A stretch of DNA of 64,000 bases from NCBI RefSeq assembly GCF_006345805.1, contig NC_042998.1:106020001-106084000 (forward strand). Reading direction: 5' to 3'. Numbering within the stretch: the stretch's first letter is position 1; the number at the start of each line of letters is the position of its first letter. This document shows positions 48,951 to 63,690 of this stretch, piece after piece. Below the pieces are notes generated by a model. The model had not been told where the DNA came from. It saw only the letters and a list, made by a program, of their open reading frames with translations, and did no database searches. The position numbers and the translations under genes are program-made. The DNA comes from Octopus sinensis (Eukaryota).

Positions 48951-49295
48951 TTTAACTGCCTTTAAGTAAATGGCAGTTATGTACAGGTTGATGGAAGAAA
49001 AGCAGGACAAAACCAATGCATGCAAATGGGTTAGCTGGAGGTAAATCTCAATGGAAAAGCATGATGAATTTATGAGAACGTACCTGGGACAATAATAAGT
49101 TTATCCGATAAAACATGTAGGAAATCAACTTGGGGCAATTTTTGATGGAAAGCAACAACCCAGGGAACTAAGTAACTAATTTTAAGCTAACTTACTTTAT
49201 GAGATGTTCAAGGATATGGAAAAGCTAGAGGAGCGCAGCCTTGTAAACCACATTCCTGATGTACTTGCATGTACAAATGCACATTCCCACAGCTT

Positions 49296-49500
49296 CAGCG
49301 ATCGCGTGTGTACCATTGGCAATTTTTTTTCCTCTGTCTTCCTTTCTCTGGATCTTTCCTTCTCCTATGTTTCTGACGAAGAGCTCCGCTTGAAACGTTA
49401 AACCCTCCTTCTTTCCTTCTTTCCTGAGCGTCCAATAATACTATATTTGTTCCACGTCCTCGCGTTGTTGTGTTTTTTTTGTGCTTTCTTGTTTGGATTA

Positions 49501-49503
<3 letters not shown>
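49296..49503 (+). mobile_element. Family C tail element with minimal HHR (49369-49403)
   Basis: GTTT-CTGACGA-A-GAGC-TCC-GCTT-GAAACGT-T-AAAC; canonical core; ends GTTTGGATTAACT then (TA)n. Confidence 0.85.
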
Positions 49504-49542
<39 letters not shown>

Positions 49543-49545
<3 letters not shown>

Positions 49546-49954
49546 CTTCATTCTTTTACTTGTTTCAGTCATTTGACTGCAGCCATGCAGCCATATCGGA
49601 GCACCACCTTGAAGGGTTTAATCAAACAAATTAACTCCAAGGTTTATTTCTTAAGCCTAGTACTTATTCTATTTGTTTCTTCTGCTAAACTGCTAAGTTA
49701 TGGGGACATAAACACACCAACACCAGTTGTCAGGCAGTGATGAGGGACAAACACATGCACAAAGACACACATACATAGATATAAATATATATATATACAA
49801 TGGGCTTCTTTCAATTTTCATATACCAAATCCACTCACAAGACTTTAGTAGGCCCAAAGCAGTAACAGAAGACACTTGCCCAATGTACCATGCAGTGGGA
49901 CTGAACCGGGAACTATGTGGTTAGAAAGCAAGCTTCTTACCACACAGTTACATC
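49543..49954 (-). mobile_element. Near full-length S1 SINE
   Basis: Collinear with 34253-34636. Confidence 0.85.
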
Positions 49955-51013
49955 TATATATATATATAAGATTGTATTAAAAAAATGGAAAGACTTGAAA
50001 CATCTGCAAAATGATAAAAGAATAAAAGATTTAAAAAAGAAAAGTATCCCATTAATATATTACATGTATGTGTGTGTGTGTGTACATATACCTATATATA
50101 TATATTTATATATATATATATAAACACACATATACATACTCACACACATACATATGTGTTTGTGTATGTGTATATCCATGTTAATGTACATGTATACATG
50201 TATTTGTAAGTATTTGGATATATATGTCTGTCCATGTGTGAGTGTGGTTATGTTTGCATATATAAATGTGTGTGTTTATGCATGTGTCTATGTGTACAAA
50301 TGTATATAGTTATATGTTAGAAGGTCAATGTACTTTATATCTGTGCTTGTAGGACATAACATATTTGTATTGAACGTCTGACTGATTCTTTCTTATAGAT
50401 AACATAACTAGAATTTGCATAGTTGTATGTCCAGATGTGTGGGGTGGAGAGGGTGCATATTGTAAAATTTATAAGTATGAATATGTGTATGTGAATTTAA
50501 ATATGGGCATAGTCAGTAAAGCATGTATATTGTAAATCTATACATTTGTTCATAAAAATCTCTATCTTACTTCTTCTATCTCTTTCTATATATTTATCTG
50601 TCTATCTCTCTATTTGCTATCCTGCATGCACTCACTAAAATATATTAATAAAACAAAGATAAAAAGCTTATATGTTATACATTTTATTTTAGAAATTTTA
50701 AAAAGTATATTTTTCATGTTAGTAACAGTTCTTTGGACATACAAATCTCTGTATTTCTATTAGAGTTATAGAAAATTCTTTTTACTTTTGCATGCCTTTC
50801 TTACAGTGAATGATTCAACTGTGAGAATGGCACTTATTTCAAAGCGTAAAACATTTTCCTATGTAAAGTTCATGAAATTGCTGTGCTTCAGCTTCTTCAA
50901 GAAGCTTCTAATAGCATTTACAGATATTGTGTTTAACCCAAGGCTTGCCTTGATCCATCAGACCTATGATCAAATGTGTTCAAATTGTGACCATATGCAT
51001 GGTTATGAACACA

Positions 51014-51325
51014 GACACGGCTGTGTGGTTAAGAAGTTGACTTTGCGAACATGTGGTTTGGGGTTCAGTCCCACTGTATGGTACATTACCTTTTGAGTGA
51101 ATTTGGGAGTTGGAAACTGTGTAGAAACCCATTGTGTGTGTGTGTGTGTGTGTGTATGTGTGTGTCCAACTACCACTTGATAAACGGTATTAGTTTATTA
51201 ATGTCTCCATAACTTAGCAGTTCTACAGAAGACACCAACAGAATAAGTATTAGACTTAAAAAGTAAGTACTGGAATCAATTTATCTGATTAAACCTTCAA
51301 GGCATTGCCCCAGCATGTCTGCCAT
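51014..51325 (+). mobile_element. S1 SINE, decayed
   Basis: GGCTGTGTGGTTAAG..GGGTTCAGTCCCACTG..AACTTAGCAGTTC..GAATAAGTA. Confidence 0.8.
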
Positions 51326-52493
51326 CCATTTTTTTTTTCTTTTCTACCACTAACCTACATTCTTTAGTGTGTAAATCCATTTTTTTTTTCTTTTTAAGAT
51401 AGAAGAGTATAATTTTAGAAAGAATTTGCTGCTATTTCTCAGATATAAAGTGACCACCGAGAGGCTCTAGCATTGACTCATCAGTTTTGAAATTGATCCA
51501 CAATGTAATGATGCCATTTCCAGTATCTAGAGGTTAATTTTGTGAAGTTTCTCTTATCTCTTCAATACAGTCAAGATTCAGTCTCTGGTTATCCAAGACA
51601 CAGTTCTTAATTCTTTTTCTTTCTATCAGTTGACCATTTTTTCTCAATTAATGGAATGCTTCTTTCTTTTTTAAACTCCTATATTCTTTTATAATTTTGC
51701 AGTTATTTCAAATCTGACCATTTAAAATTTTTTTTTTACAATACAATCTTACATATTCTTTGTGTTATTTCTCAAATTACCCCAACAGTAAGAAGAATCA
51801 GTTATGAATTTCGTCATGAATTAAAATAATCCTTGCCATCTTGGAAAGTAACAAGTGTTTTTTTACTTCCTCAAGTGGAAGCCTTTTGGCCTAAAATAGA
51901 TAAAGAAATTGCAGTATCTAATTACCAAAAATCAATTTTTAAAAAGATCCCATAATGGAAAAAGAAATTTGCTCACAAATACTTTTAAAAATGGAAATGA
52001 AAATAACAAAATTCACATAAAGGAAAAAATAATGGAAATAATGAAATATGAATAGAGCAAAACCATTTTTTAAAATAAATTTTAAAAATTAAAATCCTGT
52101 GACAATAATAATTAAATTATAATAAACCTTGATTTTTATTTCCATTTTATATTTTTAATTTAAAATAAAATAAGAAATTTTGCCTGTTTTTTTGTTTATT
52201 AATGAGGGTGTATGAGTATGTGTGCATTATAAGTAAATATATATGAATATATATGTACATATATATGTATGTATGCGTGTTGCATTTATATAAGTATTTA
52301 TATATAATATATATACATACATATATATATACATATATATATACATGTACATGTATATATACACACACACATATATGTCTGTATATATATATATACATAC
52401 ACATATATATAAGCATATATATTTATCTATGTATCTACATCTACCAATGTGTATGTGTGTGTGTGTGTGTGCATGCATGTGTGTGTGTGCATG

Positions 52494-52547
<54 letters not shown>

Positions 52548-52936
52548 TGTAAAAATGTACTGCAAAAGGCTTGCAATTAAATTTGCTTTTTTCCAATAAA
52601 CGTGATTGAATAAAAATAATCAGTTTTGGTCTTTTTACCAGAGCAACGCAGTGCACTTACAGTTGTGAAGAATATATCTAATGTAAATCCCAATACTACA
52701 AAGGTTGGTTAAATATATCATAAATATTCAACCTGAATCTACCTTTGAAGGCAGTAAAATGATGTCATGCATTTCTTATGATGCTTTAGTTGAATGTATA
52801 ACTTCCTAAATATGTGATGAAAATGAGGTAGCATATGGACAAAGGAAAGTGCATAATAGAGTAAGGTAACTCAAATTATGGGAACTTATTGGATACTTCT
52901 ATGGATACTTTTTCTTTTAATATCTTCATCTGTGAT

Positions 52937-53450
52937 AAGGAGACAAGTTGGCAGAAACGTTAGCATGTATTTCATCTGTTTTTATATTCTGAGTTCAAAT
53001 TCCACCGAGGCTGACTTTGCCTTTCATTCTTTCGGGGTTGATAAATTAAGTACCAGTTGTGTACTGAGGTCGATCTAATCCAATGGCCCCTCTCCAAAAA
53101 TTTCGGGCCTGGTGCCTAGAGTAGAAAAGAAAAGAACATGTTCATCCATGATGGAGGGAATAGAACTCATGGTTTTCACATTGCTTTTGTGACAGGTGGG
53201 AGGAAGGGAGGAAGATGCACTCAAGTTGGGGGCCTGATCTGAATGCTTGAACAATCCTTTCTACTGTAGTCACAAGGCCTGGAACAGAGATAGTCGATTG
53301 CATGGAACCCAATACTTAACTGGTACTTAATTTATCAATCCTAAAAGGATGAAAGATAAGATCAACCTCAGCAGAATTTGAACTCAGAATAGATGAAATG
53401 TTGCTAACAATTTTGCTCAGCATGCTAACAATTCTACCAACTCACTGGCT
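52937..53450. mobile_element. Two S2 SINE copies in opposite orientation (plus 52937-53130, minus 53290-53450)
   Basis: Standard S2 motifs. Confidence 0.85.
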
Positions 53451-54114
53451 TTGAATGCTTCGATAATACTGGTAAAGAAGTGCCTAAGAATCAGGTGATT
53501 GTGCTAAGCTTGCTGATGGATTAAGCATAGTACCCACTAAAAAGGGCAGTCCCCTGTGCATCATATTTCCCTCTCAACACTTTGGTGGACCCAAGACTGG
53601 TGCTGTACTTTAATGGGATGAAACCTGAAATCCTCTCATTTCCAGACATATTTCTTAACATAGCCATGTGTAAATATATGAGCTAATTATTACTAATGCA
53701 TGATATCAGCAGTTTGCTTGAAACACACACCTTACCATTAGTGTAGCTGCTGTGTTGGAGAAAACCTACATAGGCCATGCAAGAACAGAAAGAAAACATG
53801 AAAATAAATGGATGATGGTGATGGTGCTGATGATACTGATGATGACGATGACAGTGATGATGATAGGGACAAAGTGGTGGTAGTGGTGATAGGGGTGGTG
53901 GTGTTGACAGCGGCGTCAGCGTTGGCAGTGGCAGTGGTTGTGTTGGTGGTGATGATATTGATGACGATAAAGTTGATGGTAATGTGACTGATTGATAGAA
54001 CAAGCAAGACCACGGTACCAGTGAATAAATAGTAAAATAAATTTAGTTTGTCCTGTAGAGCTTCTGAAAACACTGTGACATTGGGAAACTTTACAGAGGG
54101 AAATAAATTGTACC

Positions 54115-54117
<3 letters not shown>

Positions 54118-54174
<57 letters not shown>

Positions 54175-54203
54175 TGTGTGTCTGTGTGTCTGTGTGTGTG
54201 TGT

Positions 54204-54264
<61 letters not shown>

Positions 54265-54283
54265 TGTGTGTGTGTGTGTGTGG
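54118..54283. repeat. (GT)n microsatellite
   Basis: Direct reading. Confidence 0.95.
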
Positions 54284-55374
54284 TTATGCATGCAATATTT
54301 ATTTTATCAACTGCATGTAACCAAAATTGACTGTGTCAGGAATTGAAACGTGCAAAGCATGACCGTGAAGTAAGTATGAATAACAGCTGAATGGGCTCCC
54401 TACAATTTCAATGACATGAGAGAAAAATTTTCATTAATCAATAAATATTTACAAGAAAAATGTTACTAGCATTGATGATAATTAACCCTCATTAAGAATG
54501 ACAAGTGAAATTAACTCTGAAATCTGAATTTTTTAAAAGTTAAATAAGGACATGCATCCAGAAGTGAGGCTGATCTTTAGCAAAGATGGTGCCAATTCTA
54601 AGACCGTTTCAGTTTTATTAGACCTCCCCAATGGAGCATGTTCTTACCTTTAGTTATCAGAATGAATATCTGAATATGTAAATGCTGAGCAAATGAACAT
54701 TCAGTAATTAAAGAATATTTTAACCATTTCCTCCTTAACATTTGTTAATAAAGGTGCCCATTATAAGAGCAAAGGGTTTTTTTTTAATAAAATGTTTGAT
54801 GTATTACAGAGAAGAACACTGAATTTGTTGAGATGTTTGACAAATGAAATTTTATTCTTCCAGTAAGCAAAATGCAAATGTTGTCATTATTATGAATTTC
54901 AAAAACATCAAGAGAGTTTTGAATGTTACTGTTCTTGGTATTGTTGTAGCAGCAGATAAAGTGTGGTTAACTGCTTGCTGTGCTACTGACTTCTAATGTC
55001 CATTGCCTTTTGTGTTAGCTCCTGTCTGCCATCTTTGTTGGCCATCTCCTATGGTGTCTGTCAAAGCTCTCTATCAGACTCTCAGAGAGAAAGTTATGAA
55101 AAGATGCAACTTTTGCTTGAGCCAGTTCTAGGCGAAGTCATGATTTGTTAGATTTTTTTTTTTTGTCATGTGGATAATATTCTAACAAATTATAACATAG
55201 GGTGATTGCTGAATATTCCTGCTACAGATGTATTAACTCATCATGTGCATAGTGAACTGTGAGAATCAAAACAATGAATTGCATGCTTTTTCTTAATATT
55301 GTCAGGGTGATTTGAACATTAATTGTTTTGATACTCACTGTTTACTGTGGACATGTCACAAAACTTGGGACACA

Positions 55375-55970
55375 AAACTCTACTTGCGAAGACCTGTTGA
55401 GGCAAGTGAAATCGAAATCGATCAAAATCAATGGAAATTGTAGTTGTGATACCAGTGCCGGTGGCACCTAACAGAACCATCCGAACATGGCCGTTGCCAG
55501 TGCCACCCTGACTGGCCTCCGTGCCGGTGGCACGTAAAAAGTACCAACCGATCGTGGCTGTTGCCAGCCTCATCTGGCACCTGTGCCGGTGGCATGTAAA
55601 AAGCACCCACTACACTCACGGAGTGGTTGGCATTAGGAAGGGCATCCAGCTGTAGAATGGGCCTGGTGCAGCCTCCTGGCTTCCCAGACCACAGTTGAAC
55701 CGTCCAACCCATGCTAGCATGGAAAGCAGATGTTAAACGATGATGATGATGTTTTAGGCAGTGAGCTGGCAGAATTGTTAGCATGCTGGACAAAATGCTT
55801 AGTGGTATTTCACCCATTACTAAGTTCTGAGTTCAAATTCCACTGAGGTCAACTTTGTCTTTCATCCTTTCAGGGTCAATTAATCAAGTACCAGTGAAAC
55901 ATTGGAAATGATGTAATCAACTAGTCTCCTCTCCACAAATCTGAGGCCTTGTGCCTTCAGTAGAAAGGAT
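55375..55970 (+). mobile_element. RTE 3' end (55375-55752) directly followed by an S2 SINE (55757-55970)
   Basis: GCGAAGACCTGTTGAGGCAAGTG..GATGATG then GGCAGTGAGCTGGCAGAA. Confidence 0.88.
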
Positions 55971-56870
55971 TATTGATTGGCAGACATCAGCATACACCAG
56001 TAAACAATTAGTTTGATGAAATAGTAAACAAGAGCAACAAACTCTTTGTAACTACATTAGTCCAGGGTGACTATGGCTGATGAAACATAATGAGATTAAA
56101 ACAGTCATGTGTCCCAGAGTCCTGAACACACATTCGTCTTAAGGGAGAAGTTGTTCTTCCATGACAAAACACGAGTGTGATAAACATATTCACATTCAAA
56201 TTTGCCAGAATATATTAAGAATAGAAATGCAAGTCATTGTTTGATATGTTATTCATCATTGTGCAGAGTTGAAACCAGTCGGAATCTAACAGTGCATTCT
56301 GGAATCAATATAATAAATCCAAGTAATTAATGAAAAGTAACCATTTCAATCAGTTGTAGTTACCAGTATATCCATGTGGGTTAAGAAGTTTGCTTTCCTT
56401 TTGCTTTGCAACCATATGATTCTGAGTTCAACTCCACTCTGTTGCATCTTCAATAGTTTTCTTCTATTACAGTTGCAATCAAACCAGTACCTTGCTAGTG
56501 GAATTTGGTTGGAAAACAACTTTGCTGAATGTGTGTGTGTGTGTGTGTGTGTGTATGTATTTATGAAGATATTAACATATGTATGTTTGAGTGTATGTGA
56601 GCATGTATGTATGTATGTGTGGAGGCACGTAGCTCAGTAATAAGGGTGTTGCATTCATGATTGTAAAATTGTGGTTTCAATTCCTGGTGTTCTTGAGCAA
56701 AACACTTCCTTTTACATTGTTCCAGTCTACCCAGTTGGCAAAAATAAAAAAGAGTAATTCTGCAATGGACTAGTGTTCCATCCAGGGGAAATATTTATGC
56801 CACAGAATCCAGGAAACTAGCCTTATGAGCCTATGGATCATGAAGGGCTTTGTTTTTCTTATGTATATAT

Positions 56871-56903
<33 letters not shown>

Positions 56904-57248
56904 TGTGAGTGTGTGTTGTGTGTGTGTGTGTGCATGTGTTTGCCTGTGTCTATGTCAGTGTTTATGTTTACACTAGTTAAAATCAGTGTTATGTTTATAT
57001 TGTTATCCTTTATGTCCCACAGTTTGGTAGTTTGAATGAGATACTGAGATCAATATGAGTGACTAAACTCATGAAAGAGGTGCCTTGACAAAACCACATT
57101 CCAACGATTGAAACCAATAAATGAAAGTAATTTTCATCCTGGAAAGGGGATATTCTGCCTTCTAAAGTATTTCTTTGATAAAATATAAAGCCAATTGATG
57201 TAGGAATGAAGTATGAGCATCTTATTCTTTCTTCTTCTTCTTCTTCTG

Positions 57249-57310
<62 letters not shown>

Positions 57311-57592
57311 GTTATTGATTTCTAACACAAGTACAAAGCCACATATTTTGAGAGAATGAGTATAGCTAATTTTACACGCCCTAATAATTTACTAAGTATT
57401 TTATCAATTCCACAACTTTATTGTAAAATTCTAGTAATAATGTAACACCAGGATTCTCCTAGATTTGAAATCCTAATGGTATAATAATAAATAAATTTCT
57501 AATATGAATTCATATAAAAGCTTATATTTATTTTACGGAGATGTACTTGCATAGCAAGTGACTTGATCTGAGATCGTGTGCTGAAACAAAAA

Positions 57593-57887
57593 TAATCGCG
57601 GCATAGAAGACGTTTATAAGCCATTTAAGGGCTCACAAAAACCATTAGTTTCACCTCGACATTTAAATTTAATTTATGTCAAAATATTTTCATCACTTTG
57701 AAACCGTGACCTGTTCACTGACAAAACTTTGTGCTGCATCATTTTCATGAAGTTTTGTCAGTGAACAGGCCTCGGTTTCAAAGTGACAAAACTATTTTGA
57801 CACAAATTAAATTTAAATGTTGAAGTGAAACTAACAGTATTTGTGTATTCTTAAATGGCTGGCAAACATCTTCCCTGCAGCAATTGC
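57593..57887. mobile_element. Fold-back/MITE-like element with ~135-bp arms and 20-bp spacer (57730-57749)
   Basis: e.g. GAAACCGTGACCTGTTCACTGACAAAACTT / AAGTTTTGTCAGTGAACAGGCCTCGGTTTC; arms clearly diverged. Confidence 0.85.
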
Positions 57888-57990
57888 TTATATTTATTAA
57901 AATCAAGAATCAAACTCACACAGGATTTGCAAGTATGAAAACACTACAAAACTAGAAAGACCTCAGTGGGATCAAAAATCAAAACATTAA

Positions 57991-58196
57991 CCCTTGACTG
58001 TGAAATTAAATTTCATGGTAATTGCAGTAATAGTGTTAAATATCTACCAAAAAATTAGAATTGGTATTTTCTGCACATCTAATAATTTCAAAGATGAAAT
58101 TCTTCAACAAAAGATAGTTTGGTATAGTAAACTGCTTTCTGCAATTAAAGGGAATGACACCTTGAATGGATATATCTGATTTCTGCAGTAAAAGGG
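57991..58196. mobile_element. 206-bp piggyBac-type MITE (second family)
   Basis: TTAA-CCCTTGACTG ... CAGTAAAAGGG-TTAA. Confidence 0.7.
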
Positions 58197-59772
58197 TTAA
58201 GTGCCCATTTTGCCAGACACTTTATTGCTTCTGCCAATCCATCATTTAGCACTCTATTGGTACATATATCATAAACTGAGGAAGAATGGAAAGTCAATTC
58301 AACCATTACGAGATTTGAACTTAGAGCACAACAGAGGAATAAAACTTCAAAAAGAGTCAAGCTTGTAGCTCTAACATTTTGTCCAACTCACCACACATAA
58401 CTCTTTTAACTGATACGAAACTTATCGTATAACAAAGAAGTCTTTTTAATCTAATTAGTATAGAAACCTAGCAGCGTAATTGTAAAAAATTTGTTAATGA
58501 GTTAGCATCAGGAATCTTCAAAGTTTGAAAGTCTGGTATATAAAGGTGAACAAATTGTTAGCATGAATACATAATAAATCTTATATTTATTAAAAACTAA
58601 GAATTATAGTTCTGAAGCATTTGATGATAACAAAACAATAGGAAATTGTGACAAAAGAATATTATGATAACTTTTCTTAAATGTAATATACATAAACACA
58701 AGATTTTGAGCAACATGTAACATTTTTCGTTACAAATATACTGTAAGTTTATAGCAGTTATTAGTGTAATTCTGTCTAGTTCTTAAAGGTAAAACCACTC
58801 TTTATTGTAATTTTAGACAAAAAGTAATCTTTAGAAATCTGAACGTAGCTAGATTTAGAAAAGATTGGTTGAAGCCAGTGCTTCATTGATTCTATGTCTA
58901 AATATCATTGTAGTGGTCGTCATCATAGTCAGCATCATCATCAGCAGTAGCATCATTATTTTCATTTTCTTATTAATATTCAAATCCTATTCAAATCTAA
59001 TTCTTCTTTTTATATAATGTTAATTCATGTCATCAAGCAGTTATTTATAAATAGTACAGTTGAAGAATATGGAATTAATTACCCAAGAGTATCAGCCAAG
59101 TGTGTAACATTTTTAGCATATTATATACCACAACATCAATATCACCAACAGCAGTAACATTTACAAAAAGAAGTTTGGTAGGGTAGGGGTGTTGCTTGAA
59201 TTAAACTCTTTTATTCATTTGAGTAATGTTAATGGTTCTTCTGCTGTTTTTCCCCATTCTAGATTCAATTGAATGATTCTGAAAATTTTGTACATTTACA
59301 TATGAATTGTCATGTATAAATGTAATGCAAATATATTAAATTATAGTGTGAAAATGTAAATGCTTCTTCCAGTCCCATGTGTTTATAAAAATCATACTTC
59401 ACTCTAGATTCTGCAGCATTTTAGGGGAAAAAAAGATGAATCTTCCTCTAGAGTTAGAAACTAGTAAATTGCAAATATTATTCTTTCTCTTATAGTTTCT
59501 CATACAGAAAAAAAAGAATACTTGCCATATGCTAGCCTAGCCCTAGTGGAAGATTCCTCTTGTTTTCCCATCTCCATACGGAGTTGTGATCACAAATCAT
59601 GCCAAGGTTAACTTTCAATCTTTGAGGGTTGATAAAATGAAATACCAGGCAGGCATTGGGATCAATGATATAGATTAATCCTTTAGCACAATATTGCTGG
59701 CCTTGTGCCTAAATTAGAAACAATTATTATTTAACAGTTCATCAAAATTAATTAGTACCCAGTCTACTCTTT

Positions 59773-59926
59773 AAAGTGGTTGGCATTAGGAAGGGCATCC
59801 AGCCCTAAAAAGCATGCCAGTGGAGCTCGGTGCAACCCTCTGGCTTGCCAGCTCCTGTCAAACCATCCAATCCATGACAGCATGGAAGATGGGTGTTAAA
59901 TGATGATGTTGATGATGATGATGATG
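59773..59926 (+). mobile_element. RTE tail
   Basis: GGCATTAGGAAGGGCATCCAGC...GTTAAATGATGATG. Confidence 0.85.
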
Positions 59927-60449
59927 AATTTTCCCCTCCCTCATAAGATATCAAGACAAAGTAGCATGACAACTCTTTTACATAATAATACAAAGATGGC
60001 TCAATGTTTGTCAAGATACATGGCCTGCTGACTAAGGTATTGGCTTTGTTGGCCTCATAAGTGAGTTCAATTTCTGGACTTGATGATGCATTATGTCTTT
60101 GAGAAAGGCACACTATTCCATATTGCTTCTGTCTACAGAGCTGAAAATGAGTACCAACATGATGCTAGTGCAACTCTCTTCCTCTCCCTATTAAATCACA
60201 TCCAAAAAAAAAAAAAGAAAATTGCTGTCACTTACAACTTGCAAGTGACAGCATTTTGTGTGTGTGTGTGTGTGTGAGTGTCCATGACTGTATTAATTTA
60301 CTTTATATCTACTTGGGAATGTTAGATTTTTGTAGGATTTTCTTGATGTAAACAGCATTTCTTTATCAAGAGATCTATACACTGAGAATGTTTACTTGAG
60401 TATTTATGGTATGGGGCCTATTTGGTATGTTTCTGAAATCTTGCTAACA

Positions 60450-61760
60450 CAATTGATTGCCAGAGTGCCAGAGAAGGGATAAATAGGGTTGTTTCAGTGT
60501 TTAGTATGTTCCCAATTCAGGGTCCATGATTCACAGGAGGGATAATAACAGCAAAGCATTTGTAGAAAGTTTTCTAAGAACATTGCTAAAGGATCAATGA
60601 CTTAAGATATTTCTCTCCAAACTTGAAGCCTGGTTAAAGAAAGACAGATTTTCATGTGGACTTGTTTTTACAATGTTGAATTTGAAGTGATGTACAGCTT
60701 GTGACTTCTTCTGTAACACTTCACATGTGAAGCTCTCTTAGTACAGCACAAAGCTGACAGGCATGAGTAAACAGCACTTTGGAGATGATACTCCATAGAG
60801 CTTTAGTATTTACAGCAAAAAACAATAGGTCAAACAAAGATCCACCTAAATAGTTAATACCAGATACAGAGGTTCAAATTCTTAGTAGTATGCATCATCA
60901 TAATCATCATTTAACATCTGTTGTCCATGCTGACATGTGCTACATGGTTTGACCAGAGCTGGCAAGCTGGGGAGCGGCACCAGACTCCAGTCTGATTTGA
61001 CATGGTTTGGCTAAATCAGACTGGAGTCTGGTGCAGCTCTCCAGATTGCCTGCAATGGAAAGAAAATGAAAAAAAAATAATAATAATTGTGTGAAGTATA
61101 TGTCCTTATCTCATGTGAAATAAGATGCTGGATGTTTCCTGAAAGTTATGCTGAAAATATCTCGAGTCGATATTTTGATTTGATTGTTTAAGTTTAGTGA
61201 GTGCTTGTATTGGCACTACCAAAAGTTTTGAACTGGTCACTGAATAATAAAAACTTGTGATCTGTTTTACTAGTGATCTCAGATTTCTAAATCTGTGATC
61301 AGATTATAGTTAGTAGACTGATCTCAGATGGTTATATACTGAGACTTTCATTAATGGTTTGAATGAGAATTTTCCTAATAGAGACATGAGTGAAATATAT
61401 TTATACAAGTCAAGATTATTTCCTTCTCTTCCAGAATGGTAGACAAGAAATTATGGAGTGTTTTTATTGTTCTGCCATTCAGTGCTTTGTAACTTTTAGA
61501 GGATATCTTGTGCTTAACACGTACTGTGTTTTGCCCCTTGCAACAGTTAATCTGACTTTATTAACTTCATGTAGAAAAGGAAAGTCATCAAATTTTATAT
61601 TCTGGTTGCTTAAGATTTTCCCAATTGGGGAGGAACTGACTACTGATATAAAGCAGAGAACCAAGCAGATTTATTCTTTCCATCAAATAGAATAAATTTA
61701 TATGTCCAGCCTTGTTCATGACCAAGTTCACTCTGTATCCAACAATTTTAAAGAAACCAA
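60450..61760 (-). pseudogene. Decayed RTE-like RT, interrupted by an RTE tail (~60893-61050)
   Basis: DDFPFLHEVNKV..ARGK and AVNTKALWSIISK..LRELH resemble RTE RT motifs. Confidence 0.45.
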
Positions 61761-61964
61761 ATACTTAAGATATGGACGAAAACAGATTCCTCAGCCTTCT
61801 TTCTTGATGGGTTTTAACATGGTGGTATTTGAATGTCACTTTCATAAGAATGGACTTTAAGCTGTTTAGTAACTAAATCAATTTTCATGTTTTGGTAAGT
61901 AGTTTTACAATGCTGTTTCTATTCTCATCAATCCATTCCTTGTGGATCCCTATCTTAGGAAGTG

Positions 61965-62039
<75 letters not shown>

Positions 62040-62559
62040 GTTTGTAGGTTGACATCACCCACATCCTCCCACCAATTTCATGGCCTTGTGCCAAGGCAAA
62101 AACAAATAAATTAAAACCATACATGTATGTGACATTTACTAGACTTACCACTATGAATAATATCCAATGATGTAGCCATAATTAGAGATTTATATATTGC
62201 TAATTATTTTCTATAATGATTCAGTGTAGTCTAAAGTAAACAAATGTAGGAAATTTCCAAATTCATGGTTCATTATTGACTATATTTTGTTTATTTATCA
62301 GTTTCCTTTTTGGATGTCTTTCAAATACGTAATATAAAGATTTTCATCATTGTCATCATTTAACTCTTACCATACGGCTTCAGCACAAACTTCTTAACCA
62401 AATACCCATGCCTGTATACACACAAACACAGGCATATATATATATATGGGAAGTACACTTCTTGGTTACATAGCCATGCTTGGTATGCAGACAAGAATGT
62501 TATATTGGTAAAGGTTTTTACTATATAGCTGCTCCTGTTGCATAATTCAAATATACATT

Positions 62560-62905
62560 TCTCTAAGCATTAAATATTAACTTTGCTACACATGCACTTT
62601 TTGTCAGAAATACATGTCAATTACAGTCTAGAAATGAGTTTTTTCATGCAGATTGTCTGTAAGGAAAATTTTACTCCCAAGACAGTTTCCACAGTGGAAG
62701 AATCCCAAGAGGTGTTGTACAATCTTAGATTAATAGAGAAAGCAAACTTTGGGTGTCCATAGATTTCATTCAGTACATCATACAAAAATGTATACCTACA
62801 CCTTTCCTGTATATCAAGTAGGACCATTTTCTGAAGGAACAAGAGGCCTATCCATTTACCTGCTTTCCAGCATTTTGGTAATTGCCAAGTTGACTTTAAG
62901 GCCCT
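62560..62905 (-). pseudogene. Decayed RTE RT/Cys-rich segment
   Basis: GLKVNLAITKML..CTE*NLWTPKVC..FHCGNCLG. Confidence 0.55.
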
Positions 62906-63030
62906 TTGATTCCAAGTGTTACTTGTACTATAGCCTTGGGTTGATTAGTGCCTTATGAGAATTTAGTAGATGGAAACTTTATGGAAGCCTGTCATGTGTG
63001 TATGTGCATGTGTATATGTGTGTGTATGTA

Positions 63031-63075
<45 letters not shown>

Positions 63076-63093
63076 GTGTGTGTGTGTGTGTGT

Positions 63094-63151
<58 letters not shown>

Positions 63152-63478
63152 GATGGATGGATGGATGGAAGGAAGGAAGGAGGAAGGAAGGAAGGAAGGA
63201 AGGAAGGAAGGAAGGAAGGAATTATTCAGTTTTGTTTCAAGATTTTTTGCCAGTAGCAAAAAAGCCAGTTTCTAACCTAAATCCAAGGCTTCATCATTGG
63301 AATTTCAACATCAAAAGGGTATTTTCGCATGTATGTGTGTAAATGTGCAGTATTTGGAATCAGTGCATGTAAAGATTTGTATGCATTGTTTTATGTATGT
63401 ATATTTATTCATATAGTTGCATGTATTCTTATGCACATATTGTTGCATATCTAGATATGTGCATATATACTTAAGTGC

Positions 63479-63690
63479 TAAACTTCTGGAAAATTTTTAA
63501 GATTTTTACAGTTTCAGTGATAGTTTCCTTCTCTAATCTTTGAATCAGCTTTCTTCTTTCTGGTTTTGGGAAGCCTAATTTCTCAAGATTGGTACTTAGG
63601 CAGTGTGTTACATATCCCAGTGATTCAATAATTACAGGTATAAACCTGAACTTGTAATCTGGGTAGAGTAATTGTTACTATCATTTCGGA
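63479..63690 (-). pseudogene. C-terminus of a restriction-like-endonuclease non-LTR retrotransposon
   Basis: QLLYPDYKFRFIPVIIESLGYVTHCLSTNLEKLGF..LIQRLEKETITETVKI. Confidence 0.7.
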
